Assembly: GCA_963716985.1 (NCBI GenBank)
Contig: OY970323.1
Span: 1,393,942-1,457,941, forward strand
Reading direction: 5' to 3'
DNA length: 64,000 bases
Source: an uncultured bacterium
Lineage (GTDB): Bacteria; Chlamydiota; Chlamydiia; Chlamydiales; SM23-39
Position 1 is the first letter of the stretch. Each line of letters starts with the position of its first letter. Position numbers and translations under genes: made by a program. Positions 39,702-53,674 of this stretch are shown piece after piece. The notes below the pieces were generated by a model that worked only from the letters and a program-made list of their open reading frames with translations, was not told the DNA's origin and made no database searches.

Positions 39702-41216
39702 ATGAGAAATTTTATGAATCCTTATCAAACTCTCTGCCATCTTTCAAAAAAACAAGCGCTTTTCTCTTCGATCGAAGCACTTCTCAGTTGGGATATCGAA
39801 ACCTACCTGCCTCCCAATGGCTTAAATGCCAGAAGCGAACAAATCGCATTTCTTGCAGGCTATCTTCATGAAGAGATTCTGAGCGAGGAATTTCAAAAAA
39901 ATTTAAACCAGCTCATCGATCTCAAGAGCGGAGAGTTTTTGAAGAAAAACCTTACGAAAGAAGAAGAGGCCAATATTCGCGAGTGGAGGCGAAAATATAA
40001 GGAGGAAAACTCCCTTCCGGCCCCCTTCGTCAAAGAGTTTGCCGAAACAACATCCCTTGCCACGTTAACTTGGCAAAAAGCCAGGGAAGAAAATCGCTTT
40101 TCCCTTTTCCTGCCCATCCTCAAAAAAATCATCTCTCTTTGCCAAAAAAAGGCCGACTATCTGGGATATGTTAGCCACCCTTATGACGCTCTTTTAGATC
40201 TCTATGAACCCCAGATGACTATCGAAAAAATCACCCCTCTCTTCAACGAACTAAAAGAGGGCCTTTCCTCTCTTTTGCAAATGATCCAAGCGAAAAAAGC
40301 TTTCACCGACGATTTTCTAACCCAAGAATTTCCCTCTGAAGAACAGATGAAATGGACGAGCGTTCTTTTGGATGCCTATTCACTCAACCGAAACTCTTTG
40401 CGCGTCGACCTGTCAGCCCATCCCTTTTCCACGGGAATCCATCCGACCGATGTGCGCATCACAAGCCATATCGACCCCCGCCATCTTACAAGCCACATCT
40501 TCTCCGTGCTGCACGAAGCGGGCCACGCCCTCTACGATCAAAATCTTCCTCAGGAACATTACGGAACCCCTCTATGCGAAGCCGTTTCCATGGGAATGCA
40601 TGAGAGCCAGTCGCGCTTCTGGGAAGTTTTTATCGGCAAAAGCCGCCCCTTTTGGCTCCATTTTTATCCCAAACTCCAGAAAAGCTTTCCCCAACAGTTA
40701 AAAAATATCTCTTTCGATGCTTTTTATCGCGCCATCCATATCGTAAAACCTTCCCTGATCCGCATTGCGGCGGACGAAGTGACCTATTCGCTCCATATCA
40801 TTCTTCGCACCGAGATCGAAAAGGGATTGATTGAAGGCTCGTGCAAGCCGGAAGATCTCCCCGACCTTTGGAAGGAGAAGATGCAAAGATATCTTGGCAT
40901 CACACCTCCCTCCGACAAAGAGGGATGTCTTCAGGACATTCATTGGTCGATGGGCTCTTTTGGCTACTTTCCCTCCTATTCTCTGGGCAATCTTTATGCC
41001 GCCCAGTTCTTTCATGCCTTCAAAAAAGAGTGCCCCTCTTGGGAAGACTCTCTTCAAAGGGGAGAGTTTGCCTTTATTTCTTCCTATCTCAAAGAAAAGA
41101 TCCATCGCCATGGAAAACTCTATTCTTCCGAAGAGCTTCTCAAGCGCGTGACAAAAAAGCCTCTTGACGTTTCTTATTATCTAACCTATCTGAAGAATAA
41201 GTATGAGAAACTCTAA
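39702..41216 (+). CDS. M32 (Taq-type) carboxypeptidase
   Basis: HEAGHALYD (HEXXH), HESQSRFWE, and IRIAADEVTYSLHIILR. Confidence 0.9.
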   Translation: MRNFMNPYQTLCHLSKKQALFSSIEALLSWDIETYLPPNGLNARSEQIAFLAGYLHEEILSEEFQKNLNQLIDLKSGEFLKKNLTKEEEANIREWRRKYKEENSLPAPFVKEFAETTSLATLTWQKAREENRFSLFLPILKKIISLCQKKADYLGYVSHPYDALLDLYEPQMTIEKITPLFNELKEGLSSLLQMIQAKKAFTDDFLTQEFPSEEQMKWTSVLLDAYSLNRNSLRVDLSAHPFSTGIHPTDVRITSHIDPRHLTSHIFSVLHEAGHALYDQNLPQEHYGTPLCEAVSMGMHESQSRFWEVFIGKSRPFWLHFYPKLQKSFPQQLKNISFDAFYRAIHIVKPSLIRIAADEVTYSLHIILRTEIEKGLIEGSCKPEDLPDLWKEKMQRYLGITPPSDKEGCLQDIHWSMGSFGYFPSYSLGNLYAAQFFHAFKKECPSWEDSLQRGEFAFISSYLKEKIHRHGKLYSSEELLKRVTKKPLDVSYYLTYLKNKYEKL

Positions 41217-41428
41217 AGAGGTCAGTGCGTGGCAGCTTTAAACATGGAACCTTTGATTCGGCGATAAAAAATTGCCCTTTGCGCGATTTTTTACCAAAAT
41301 TCAGTCTTCCCATAAAAAGAAAAAAAGGGAAAGTTATTTTCTTTAAGAGAAAAATAGCTTAAAAGCCCCTCTCTCTTTTTTTCAAAAGCAAAACAAGCAC
41401 TCTTGAAGATCTTTATCGAAAGATTGCC

Positions 41429-41827
41429 TCACCCGTTTTGAAGAGAAACAATTCGTGCAATCAGTTCCGGCAAAAGAACCGTCACGACACTGCCCACTAG
41501 AACCCAATAGACCTGAGAGGCCATGCAAATGTTAAAAAAATAAAAGGCCACAGAAAGAAAAGCGAGCGACAAAAGGACAACCATTTCAACCTTATTTACT
41601 ATAGACTGATGGTTCATATGCGCCTTGATGTCTTTCAGGTCTAAAGTCAACTTAGAGTGCGCTTTGCTGCTAAAAAATAAGAAAGAAAGAGAAGCGGCCG
41701 CCGCCACGGAAAAGAAAACAAATGTGCTAACCTTGGCAGCTGTAGAGCTCTGCCCGGTTAAGCCCTCTAATACTCTCGAAACTATTCCAGGGAAATTATA
41801 ATCTCTAAAAAATGAAGAAACATTCAT
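41429..41827 (-). CDS. Small hydrophobic protein (Inc-like candidate)
   Basis: No family recognised. There is one N-proximal TM plus an adjacent pair of TMs (MVVLLSLAFLSVAFYFF-NICMAS-QVYWVLVGSVVTVLL). Confidence 0.4.
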   Translation of the reverse strand: MNVSSFFRDYNFPGIVSRVLEGLTGQSSTAAKVSTFVFFSVAAAASLSFLFFSSKAHSKLTLDLKDIKAHMNHQSIVNKVEMVVLLSLAFLSVAFYFFNICMASQVYWVLVGSVVTVLLPELIARIVSLQNG

Positions 41828-41840
41828 AAAAACACCAATT

Positions 41841-42350
41841 TTACGTTTTTTTCCTTACAAATTGATACAAAAAACCCAATAGTCCAAACACGGAGACAAC
41901 CCCGGCGCCTCTTTCAAGCATTGTCCATTTACGACAATCAAACGAGATGGGATTTATTGCGCAAACAATGCTGTGAGCCGCAGAAAATGCAGCAAAACTA
42001 GCTATCGCAACGATAGCAACATTTCGCCATGTCTGCTGAGCATTCTCTCTTTTTTCCACTTGATTCATTCGATAGGTCAAAGCGGCAGTCTCAGCATCCC
42101 TCCATCTTTTTTCAACAAATCCAGTAAATACTCCACAAGCAGTTGCTCCAGTTGCAGGTCCACCACAAACTCCCACCGCAATTCCACCTCCCACAGCCAC
42201 TGCCATCTCTCCCCAATATCCCAACTTATTAAAACGCACATGCGCACCTGGAGCTGCCATGTCAAACATAAAAACTTCTCCGATAATAGAAAAAATAATC
42301 TGCCTGATGCATGAAATGATCGCAAACAAAATCGATCTTGGCTCCTGCAA
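41841..42350 (-). CDS. Small Gly/Ala-rich membrane protein, hypothetical
   Basis: Has hydrophobic Gly-rich segments (MAVAVGGGIAVGVCGGPATGATACGVFTGF). No family recognised. Confidence 0.4.
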   Translation of the reverse strand: MQEPRSILFAIISCIRQIIFSIIGEVFMFDMAAPGAHVRFNKLGYWGEMAVAVGGGIAVGVCGGPATGATACGVFTGFVEKRWRDAETAALTYRMNQVEKRENAQQTWRNVAIVAIASFAAFSAAHSIVCAINPISFDCRKWTMLERGAGVVSVFGLLGFLYQFVRKKT

Positions 42351-42371
42351 AAAAGAAATGTCTTGAAAACT

Positions 42372-42866
42372 TTAGGGAATCGCTTCGCTTTTGTTACGAA
42401 GCAGACGTCTTTTTTCTGCAGAGGCGTAACGTCTTCTTTCTTCCAGGGTCTCGGGGATCACATGAGAAATATCCGAGGGGAGCCCATTTTCATCCACCGC
42501 TTGAAATAAAAAATAAGCAGAAAGAATCTCCTTTTGCTCCAAAAGGCGAAAATCTTCCGCAACAACCTTAATTCCAACTTCTAAAAAAGAACTCCAAACA
42601 TGATTGACGCTGGCGTGGCAAACGAGGATATCCTCCCGTCGCACGGGGGCGAAGAAGCGGATGAAATCGATACTGACCAGAGTGCATTTTTTTTCGGCGT
42701 GCCGCATGGCTACTTCAAGCGCATGATGGTCGATGGATTGCAAGACTTTGCCTCCAAAGAAAAGATCATGGGGATCCATTTGACTCCATGACAGGAACAC
42801 CCGACGATTTTCAATCGCGGAAGCAGACACCGGCTTTCCCCTCTTTTTTCTTTGAAGGGTGATCAT
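42372..42866 (-). CDS. Acyl-CoA thioesterase (hotdog fold)
   Basis: DPHDLFFGGKVLQSIDHHALEVA...VSIDFIRFFAPVRREDILVCHASV. Start MITLQRKK at 42866 has GGAGG upstream. The longer track ORF overlaps rpsI and is rejected. Confidence 0.75.
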   Translation of the reverse strand: MITLQRKKRGKPVSASAIENRRVFLSWSQMDPHDLFFGGKVLQSIDHHALEVAMRHAEKKCTLVSIDFIRFFAPVRREDILVCHASVNHVWSSFLEVGIKVVAEDFRLLEQKEILSAYFLFQAVDENGLPSDISHVIPETLEERRRYASAEKRRLLRNKSEAIP

Positions 42867-43005
42867 AAATCCTCCAACTAGATATTTTTTTAGATAGAGA
42901 GAAAAACAATTAAGATCAATAAAAAAAATAGTTAAAAGAAAAAAGCCCGCAAAAAGGATATTTTTTGAGGGCTTTTTGATAAACAAGGAGAAAGAAAAAA
43001 TAATC

Positions 43006-43407
43006 CTAACGTTTCGAGAATTGGAATCTCTTTCTTGCTTTTGCAAAACCGTATTTCTTACGCTCTTTCTTTCGGGGATCTCGGGTCAAAAACCCAAGAT
43101 CCTTCAGAGGAGCTCGCATCTCTTCACTTTCTTGAACTAAAGCTCTGGAAATTCCCAGCCTCGCTGCCATTCCCTGAGCTTCGACGCCACCGCCTCTGAC
43201 GCGGATCACCAGATCATACTTATCAAGAGAGGTAAATTTTTGGATGGGAGACAAGACCATTTGTCGAACAAGGGCGGACACAAAATATTGTTCAAAGTCT
43301 TTGTCATTCACTCGAATCTTACCCGATCCCTTTCTCATGTGAACAGACGCTACCGCTGTTTTTCTACGTCCGACCCCGATAAACTCCTTCAAAGCTTTTT
43401 TGACCAT
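43006..43407 (-). CDS. rpsI: Ribosomal protein S9
   Basis: GVGRRKTAVASV...VRVRGGGVEAQGMAARLGISRAL...LTRDPRKKERKKYG. Confidence 0.95.
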   Translation of the reverse strand: MVKKALKEFIGVGRRKTAVASVHMRKGSGKIRVNDKDFEQYFVSALVRQMVLSPIQKFTSLDKYDLVIRVRGGGVEAQGMAARLGISRALVQESEEMRAPLKDLGFLTRDPRKKERKKYGFAKARKRFQFSKR

Positions 43408-43409
43408 AA

Positions 43410-43850
43410 TTAGATATTCACTCCAATGGGTTGTTGTGCCTGCATTCCATGCTGATCATCTGCAAAAATACGGAGACTCCCCATCTGCTGTCTGCCCAGC
43501 CTCGATTTGGGAACCATTCCACTCACTGCGCGCCAGATGATCTCTTCCGGTTTTTTTTGCAACATTGTCTGATAGGGTATTTCTTTCATTCCCCCCATCC
43601 AACCAGTGTGTATATGATAGGTTTTACGAGCCGCTTTCGCACCCGTAACGCGAATCTTACCGGCATTGATTACAATCACGCCTTCTCCGGAATCCACATG
43701 AGGGGTATAAACCGCTCGATGTTTTCCCGTTAAGATTTTAGCGATCTCAGAGGCAAAACGACCTAATGTTTTTCCTTTTGCATCTAAAAGATACCATTTT
43801 TTTGCTTTGCGTGCTTCTTCTACTGTCAAATATGTTGTTCTACGTTTCAC
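43410..43850 (-). CDS. rplM: Ribosomal protein L13
   Basis: KKWYLLDAKGKTLGRFASEIAKILTGKHRAVYTPHVDSGEGVIVINA. Confidence 0.95.
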   Translation of the reverse strand: MKRRTTYLTVEEARKAKKWYLLDAKGKTLGRFASEIAKILTGKHRAVYTPHVDSGEGVIVINAGKIRVTGAKAARKTYHIHTGWMGGMKEIPYQTMLQKKPEEIIWRAVSGMVPKSRLGRQQMGSLRIFADDQHGMQAQQPIGVNI

Positions 43851-44003
43851 AATGATTCTCTCATAAAACTTTTACACAAAAATATAAGCTTTTAAGAAGT
43901 TTTTGCCAAGAAAAAATCCTTTTTTTTCTATGAAAAGATCCTTGGAAAAGAAAAAATCTTCCGCTAAGCTTTCCCTCCTAATGAAGAGATAAAAAAAGTT
44001 TTT

Positions 44004-45311
44004 ATGCAATTTCCCCAGACGTTTTATTTGCGAACCTATGGCTGCCAGATGAATGAGCTGGACTCCGAGCTCATCGTCGGCCTGCTGGAAAACAGAGGCC
44101 TCCAAAGGGTGGAAAAGGAAGAAGAGGCCGACCTCATCCTTTTCAACACCTGCGCCGTTCGGGAAATGGCGGAAAACAAGGTGATCGGCAAGCTCGAGGA
44201 GATCTTTCATGAGGAAAAACGAGCTCTCATTGGCCTCGTAGGCTGTCTTGCGGTCGCAAAAAAAGAAGAACTTTTAAAAAAATTTCCCGGCCTCGATTTC
44301 CTCATAGGGCCCAAACAGCTCTCTCAGCTCAGCCAGATACTCGATGAAGCCATCGCTCAAAAAAAGACTATATCCCGGGTGGATGTGACCGCCTCTTCGG
44401 AAGCGGACTACGGCATGGCTAAAAGAGAGAGCAAGATCAAGGCCTACGTATCGATCATGCAGGGATGCAACAAGTTTTGCACCTATTGCATCGTCCCCTA
44501 TACGCGAGGGAGGGAAGTATCCAGAACACCCTCTTCCGTTTTAGAAGAGGTGAAAAAGCTAGTCTCATTGGGATACAGGGAAGTGACGCTCCTCGGTCAA
44601 AATGTGAACAGCTATGGAAAAGACCGCCCTGAGTGGAAAATCCTTTTCCCCGACCTTCTTTATCAGCTCAACGAAACGGGAATGAAGCGCATTCGCTTTT
44701 TGACCTCTCACCCCATCGACATTTCCATCGATCTCATGCAAGCGATTCGCGACCTGCCCTCCGTATGTGAATTTGTCCATTTTCCCTTGCAGTCGGGATC
44801 TACCCGCATCCTACAAAAAATGCACCGCATCTATACCAAAGAGGAGTATGCAGAAAAGGCAAGTCTTCTCAAGTCCATTGTTCCCGATGTGGCCCTCGGC
44901 ACCGACATCATCGTGGGCTTTCCCACCGAAACCGAAGAGGATTTTTTAGAAACTTTTTCTCTTTTTGAACAGGTGCGCTTTTCCGCCGCGTTCATCTTTG
45001 CCTATAGCCCCAGAAAGGGAACAAGCGCCGCTAGATTCGAAGACGACGTCCCCCTAAATACGAAAGAAGAAAGATTGCAGCGCATGCTCGCCCTCTATCA
45101 TAGAATCGATCGCGAAGAGAAAGAAAAACGTCTAGGCACTACTGCCGAAATACTCGTGGAGCGTTTCAACAAAGACCATCAAAAACTCAAAGGAAAAACA
45201 CGCCGCTTTGAAAAAGTCATTTTCGATGGAGATCCAAAAATGATCGGAACGCTTCAGAAAGTTCGGCTAGAGAGTTTTCAACACCAGACGTTTATTGCAA
45301 CGATTCTCTAA
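44004..45311 (+). CDS. miaB: tRNA-i6A37 methylthiotransferase MiaB
   Basis: UPF0004 N-domain (YLRTYGCQMNELDSE, FNTCAVRE), radical SAM CNKFCTYCIVP, and a C-terminal TRAM domain. Confidence 0.9.
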   Translation: MQFPQTFYLRTYGCQMNELDSELIVGLLENRGLQRVEKEEEADLILFNTCAVREMAENKVIGKLEEIFHEEKRALIGLVGCLAVAKKEELLKKFPGLDFLIGPKQLSQLSQILDEAIAQKKTISRVDVTASSEADYGMAKRESKIKAYVSIMQGCNKFCTYCIVPYTRGREVSRTPSSVLEEVKKLVSLGYREVTLLGQNVNSYGKDRPEWKILFPDLLYQLNETGMKRIRFLTSHPIDISIDLMQAIRDLPSVCEFVHFPLQSGSTRILQKMHRIYTKEEYAEKASLLKSIVPDVALGTDIIVGFPTETEEDFLETFSLFEQVRFSAAFIFAYSPRKGTSAARFEDDVPLNTKEERLQRMLALYHRIDREEKEKRLGTTAEILVERFNKDHQKLKGKTRRFEKVIFDGDPKMIGTLQKVRLESFQHQTFIATIL

Positions 45312-45314
45312 AAA

Positions 45315-45579
45315 CTGGACTTTGGACTAATTTCTGGGACCAGGAGGCGCAGAAATCAGTCTAAATTAAACGTCATCTCCTATGATTAACCTGCAGAACA
45401 AGAGCAACAAAGGATGTTGCAGTCGAATTATCTGGGGGTTTGAGATTTTTGGACAATTTTCTCAAACCCCCGAATAAATCAAGCAATATGGTTTTCCGAC
45501 AGAAATCGCTATAGAGCACAAATCAAGATTTGAACTGATTTTGTACCAGATTCAGACGCGAAATTAGTCCAAACTCCAG
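45315..45579. mobile_element. 265-bp MITE-like element 4 nt after the miaB stop
   Basis: TIRs are CTGGACTTTGGACTAATTTC (45315-45334) and the reverse complement of 45560-45579, matching 19/20. Subterminal AAATCAGT(C/T)(T/C)AAAT occurs on both arms. An internal 12-bp hairpin GGGGGTTTGAGA/TCTCAAACCCCC lies at 45434-45471. Confidence 0.7.
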
Positions 45580-45774
45580 TAACAATGGACGTTGGTACAT
45601 AAAAATCCTTTTACTCAATTAGTTAAAAATTAGTCAATCTCCATTATGTTTCAAGGATTTGCAAAATAACAAGGCCTTTAACTCTGTCCGTGACAAAAGA
45701 TAATGTGCAATTTTTTCTTGACTTTTACCAATCGACCACGAGAATTCTAAGGCAAGTAAGAAAAAACCCTGAAA

Positions 45775-46212
45775 ATGAGAAAGAAACCTACTTTCGATAT
45801 GCGACAGCAGCCGCTAACGCATGTCCTTGAAAAACAAATTTTCGAAGGCTTTAGTCGTCATGCGATTGAGATGACCGGATATGACGAGCTACAATTAGAC
45901 TACGTGGCGTTTGTGGCGATGCATAATGATGCCTTTGCCGGGGCAGTTGTCGTGCAACTTTTTTGGGGCGCTTTGAATGTGAAATATGTTTATGTAGAGG
46001 ACGCATTCCGCGGCCATGGTTTAGCTACTCGTTTAATGGAACGCGCCTTGACGTTTGGGCGTGAGAACAAGTGCCCTTTTGCCTTTGTTGCAACGATGAG
46101 CTTTCAGGCTCTTGGATTCTATCAAAAAATGGGGTTTCAGTTAGAGTTTACAAGATCGGGATATTCGCATGATACCTTGCTACATTATCTGCGAAAGAAC
46201 TTATCCATTTGA
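45775..46212 (+). CDS. GNAT-family N-acetyltransferase
   Basis: VYVEDAFRGHGLATRLMERAL (motif A) and GFYQKMGF. Confidence 0.8.
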   Translation: MRKKPTFDMRQQPLTHVLEKQIFEGFSRHAIEMTGYDELQLDYVAFVAMHNDAFAGAVVVQLFWGALNVKYVYVEDAFRGHGLATRLMERALTFGRENKCPFAFVATMSFQALGFYQKMGFQLEFTRSGYSHDTLLHYLRKNLSI

Positions 46213-46239
46213 TTCTCGTGCGCGAGAAAGAAAGCTCCC

Positions 46240-50407
<4,168 letters not shown>

Positions 50408-50438
50408 CGTTTCTTTTCTTTATAACAAAAAAGAAAGA

Positions 50439-51527
50439 TTATTTCTCAAAACGATCAAAAAAATATGTGGCGCCCTTTTCTATTTTCAAAGGCTCGCCCT
50501 GAGCGAGGCGCCTCCCTTTTTCTCGCAAAGACCGTCTGATACGAAACTCTCGTATCTCTTTTGGGCAGATGAGCTTTATCTCTCCATCGGCGCTAGAGGT
50601 GAAAAACACCCGTCGAGGAAGATAGCTTCTCCACTCCATGTCGAGTAGGCCATAAGAGGGGCAGCGCATTTGCACCAAGCTCCCCGAGACAAAAGAGGGG
50701 GGAAGAGATGGCAAAAGATGAATCTCATTTTTCTTTTGCAAAAGAAACAAAGACCGAATGATCTCGGCTCCCTCTTTTAAAAGAACAAAGGCAGAGGCTT
50801 TTTCCGAAACCTTTTGTCCTTCGAAGGGCCCTAAATGCTTTTCGTCCAAAAGATGGGGGACAAAAAGAGAAGAGAAACCCGCATCCCAAAGAAGAAGCAG
50901 ATCTTTCTCCAGTCCATGAAGATCCTTTTTTCTCTTTTTTTCCTCGCAAAGATGCAACAAGCGTCCCATTCCCTCATAGGAAGATCGAGTCGGGGGAATC
51001 CATTGAGAGAGCAAAAACCATAATGGCAAAACTTCCTTAAGATCCCCTCTTCTCCGGATAAGATCAACGTCCAATTTTTTATGGAGGCCCAAAGAAAGGT
51101 ATTCGAGCATTTGAGGAGAAAAATTTTTGCAGCCGGCGTCAAAGACGATTTCCTGTCCGGAAAAAATGCGCCCTTCGTGCAAAGGACTATGAGGAAAAGA
51201 GGCAGTAATGCGCGCCTCCACTCCTTCTTTAGGCGCTTTTTTGATGAATAGACGAATACTCTCTTCTTCGCATCGAAGGAACATGCGCAAAAATTGCGTG
51301 CCTAATCTCCCGCTTACTTCAATCTCTGCGCGTTTTAGATCCAGAAACTGAGTGAAATTTTCCATCCTTTCTAAAAGCGTCCATGCAATCTCGATCTTCT
51401 TTTCCTCGGGCCCCGTGAGTACAAGCAAGGAAGGATAGGCAGCCACCCTCCAAAAGCTTTTGGGAAGAATCGCTTCCGAGCCGGGAAGATGGGAGAAGGG
51501 GCGTATTTTTTCCATTTGCATTTTCAT
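50439..51527 (-). CDS. Hypothetical protein
   Basis: A long clean ORF in an operon-like position between mtaB and glgB. No family recognised by eye. Confidence 0.5.
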   Translation of the reverse strand: MKMQMEKIRPFSHLPGSEAILPKSFWRVAAYPSLLVLTGPEEKKIEIAWTLLERMENFTQFLDLKRAEIEVSGRLGTQFLRMFLRCEEESIRLFIKKAPKEGVEARITASFPHSPLHEGRIFSGQEIVFDAGCKNFSPQMLEYLSLGLHKKLDVDLIRRRGDLKEVLPLWFLLSQWIPPTRSSYEGMGRLLHLCEEKKRKKDLHGLEKDLLLLWDAGFSSLFVPHLLDEKHLGPFEGQKVSEKASAFVLLKEGAEIIRSLFLLQKKNEIHLLPSLPPSFVSGSLVQMRCPSYGLLDMEWRSYLPRRVFFTSSADGEIKLICPKEIREFRIRRSLREKGRRLAQGEPLKIEKGATYFFDRFEK

Positions 51528-51535
51528 CCTATGGA

Positions 51536-52768
51536 TTAGAGAGGGGTGGTTGACAAAATTTTTGCGACCAGATGTTCCTTTTGATTTTCCACGAGCTCTA
51601 CCAAAACAATCTCATTTGCAACTCCGGCATCAGAGCCCAGGCGCACGGGCAAATAGTTAGGAGTATATCCTTCTTTCCCCTTTCCCTCCAAAAGCAGCAG
51701 GGCTTTTTTTCCGACAAATTTTTCTCTTTGGCGATGGGCAACTCTTCTTGCAATTTCAAAAAGTTTTTGGCGCCGTTTTTGAATGACGGCATCCTCTACC
51801 TGTTCCGGCATGCGTTCTGCCGCCGTTTTTGGCCTTTTACTATAGGGAAATACATGGACCTTTGCAAAGCCGATTTTCTCTACAAGATCGATCGTTTGAA
51901 AAAAATCCTCTTCCGTTTCAGAGGGAAATCCCACAATGGCATCGGTTGTAAAACAAAAATCAGAAGATTTTTTTTGGATCTCATCTATCTTTTGCAGAAA
52001 CAACTCTCGGGTGTAGGGCCTTCGCATTTTTTTTAAAATCCCATTGCTTCCCGACTGCAGAACAAGATGCAAATGGGGCATCGTAGATCTTCCTTCCAGA
52101 AGAGCCTTCATTAATTCTTCATCTACGTGATTCGGCTCGATGGAAGAGAGGCGAACTCTTTGGACTTTGGGGTTTGCGTCTATCGCGCGGACAAGAGAGG
52201 GCAGGCCATATTGATACTCTCCGATATTTACACCGGTCAAGACGATTTCCTTATATCCTTTCTGCACAAGTGCCTCGATCTCACCTACAATATGTGCGAT
52301 GGGCCGGGAAATGGAAGGGCCTCTGAGCTGCGGGATGATGCAATAGGAGCAAAAAGCGCTGCAGCCGTCCTGAACCTTCACAAAGGCTCTTGTATGCCCC
52401 TGAAAATAGGAGATAAAATTTTTCTCGCATAAAAGCTTTTCCTCTCCGACCAAATGGGCGAGTATTGTTTCTTTTTCTCTTACCACTTCCACTCTAGGGT
52501 CGATGGCCGCAAGAGCGCCGCTATCTCTTCTAGCAAAACAGCCGAAGACAACAATTCTTGCTGACGGATGTTTCTTGCAAAGAGCGCGCACGCGGTTTTT
52601 ACAGCTTTTTTCTGCAGACAGAGTCACGCTGCAGCTGTGGACCAAGCAAATGTCCACATCTTTTTCAGACTCTTGAAAGCCTATCCCTTGCAGCTGTTCT
52701 CGAATCAGTTGGGATTCATACTGATTGAGTCTGCATCCAAAAGTTTCAATCAAAAATTTTTTTATCAT
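51536..52768 (-). CDS. mtaB: MiaB-like radical SAM methylthiotransferase (MtaB-type)
   Basis: ETFGCRLNQYESQ, HSCSVT, and CSAFCSYCIIP. It is shorter than MiaB and has a TRAM-like end. Confidence 0.75.
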   Translation of the reverse strand: MIKKFLIETFGCRLNQYESQLIREQLQGIGFQESEKDVDICLVHSCSVTLSAEKSCKNRVRALCKKHPSARIVVFGCFARRDSGALAAIDPRVEVVREKETILAHLVGEEKLLCEKNFISYFQGHTRAFVKVQDGCSAFCSYCIIPQLRGPSISRPIAHIVGEIEALVQKGYKEIVLTGVNIGEYQYGLPSLVRAIDANPKVQRVRLSSIEPNHVDEELMKALLEGRSTMPHLHLVLQSGSNGILKKMRRPYTRELFLQKIDEIQKKSSDFCFTTDAIVGFPSETEEDFFQTIDLVEKIGFAKVHVFPYSKRPKTAAERMPEQVEDAVIQKRRQKLFEIARRVAHRQREKFVGKKALLLLEGKGKEGYTPNYLPVRLGSDAGVANEIVLVELVENQKEHLVAKILSTTPL

Positions 52769-52829
52769 AAAAACTTGATTTTTCGAGAGCCAAATTATAT
52801 AAGAAAACTAATTAACAAGGAACGCCTCT

Positions 52830-53435
52830 ATGGTAGAATCCACCAGCGCAACGTTTTTTTCCATGGCATTGTCCATATTTTTCGTATTCAATGCGATCGG
52901 CTTTTTGCCTGTTTTGATCGCTCTTTTAGCTCCCTATGAAAAAGCTGCTCAAAAAAAGATTATCTTCCGAGAACTTCTCATCGCGCTTTTCGTTTTGCTC
53001 CTCTTTACCTTTTTTGGAATTACCATCCTTCAAATGGTGGGCATTTCCCAGGGCATCATTGGAATTGCCGGAGGATTTCTTCTTGTTTTGATCTCTTTAA
53101 GTCTCATCTTTCCTCGAAAAGAAGTGGGACGCAAGGGAATGCCGCACCATGAACCATTGATCGTTCCCATTGCCATTCCCGGACTTGCGGGCCCAGGCTC
53201 GATTGCCACTGTAATGGTCTTCGCAAGCCATGGAGGCCCTGCCATCACCGCTTTAGCCGTTTTGGCAGCCTGGATTCCCTCTTTTGTCATTTTGTATCTT
53301 TCCGCCTATATCAAGAATTATCTTGGAGAAAAAGGCATTCAAGCAGTCGAACGCTTGGGCGGCATGCTGATCTGCTTGATCGGCACGCAAATGCTTCTCT
53401 CCGGAATCATCAGCGTTGTAAAAGAAAATTTTTAA
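52830..53435 (+). CDS. MarC-family (UPF0056) integral membrane protein
   Basis: FFVFNAIGFLPVLIALL, PLIVPIAIPGLAGPGSIATV, with six hydrophobic segments. Confidence 0.8.
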   Translation: MVESTSATFFSMALSIFFVFNAIGFLPVLIALLAPYEKAAQKKIIFRELLIALFVLLLFTFFGITILQMVGISQGIIGIAGGFLLVLISLSLIFPRKEVGRKGMPHHEPLIVPIAIPGLAGPGSIATVMVFASHGGPAITALAVLAAWIPSFVILYLSAYIKNYLGEKGIQAVERLGGMLICLIGTQMLLSGIISVVKENF

Positions 53436-53521
53436 ATCGCATAAGCAAAAACCTTTGGGTTTTCTGCATGTTTTGTACGCAGCCCCCACAGGGCGTCAGC
53501 CCTGCGGGGCTGAATGCGTAC

Positions 53522-53614
53522 GATGACCTCTACCAGTTGATCGCAGAAAGATATGAAAAAAGACCAACGGTCATAACGAGTGAAGGAGTTGCAAAACTCC
53601 CTCTAACGTTACTT
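53522..53614 (+). pseudogene. IS21-family IstB helper ATPase, short C-terminal scrap
   Basis: DDLYQLIAERYEKRPTVITSE matches the conserved IstB block L(F/Y)xLIxxRYE(K/R)x(S/P)(T/I)(I/L/V)(I/L)TS. There is no upstream or downstream IstB sequence, and a stop follows 10 codons later. Confidence 0.45.
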
Positions 53615-53674
53615 TGAGTAACGAATGGGTCATTCTCAGTGATTGTTACCATGAATGGATGAAAGACTCAAACC

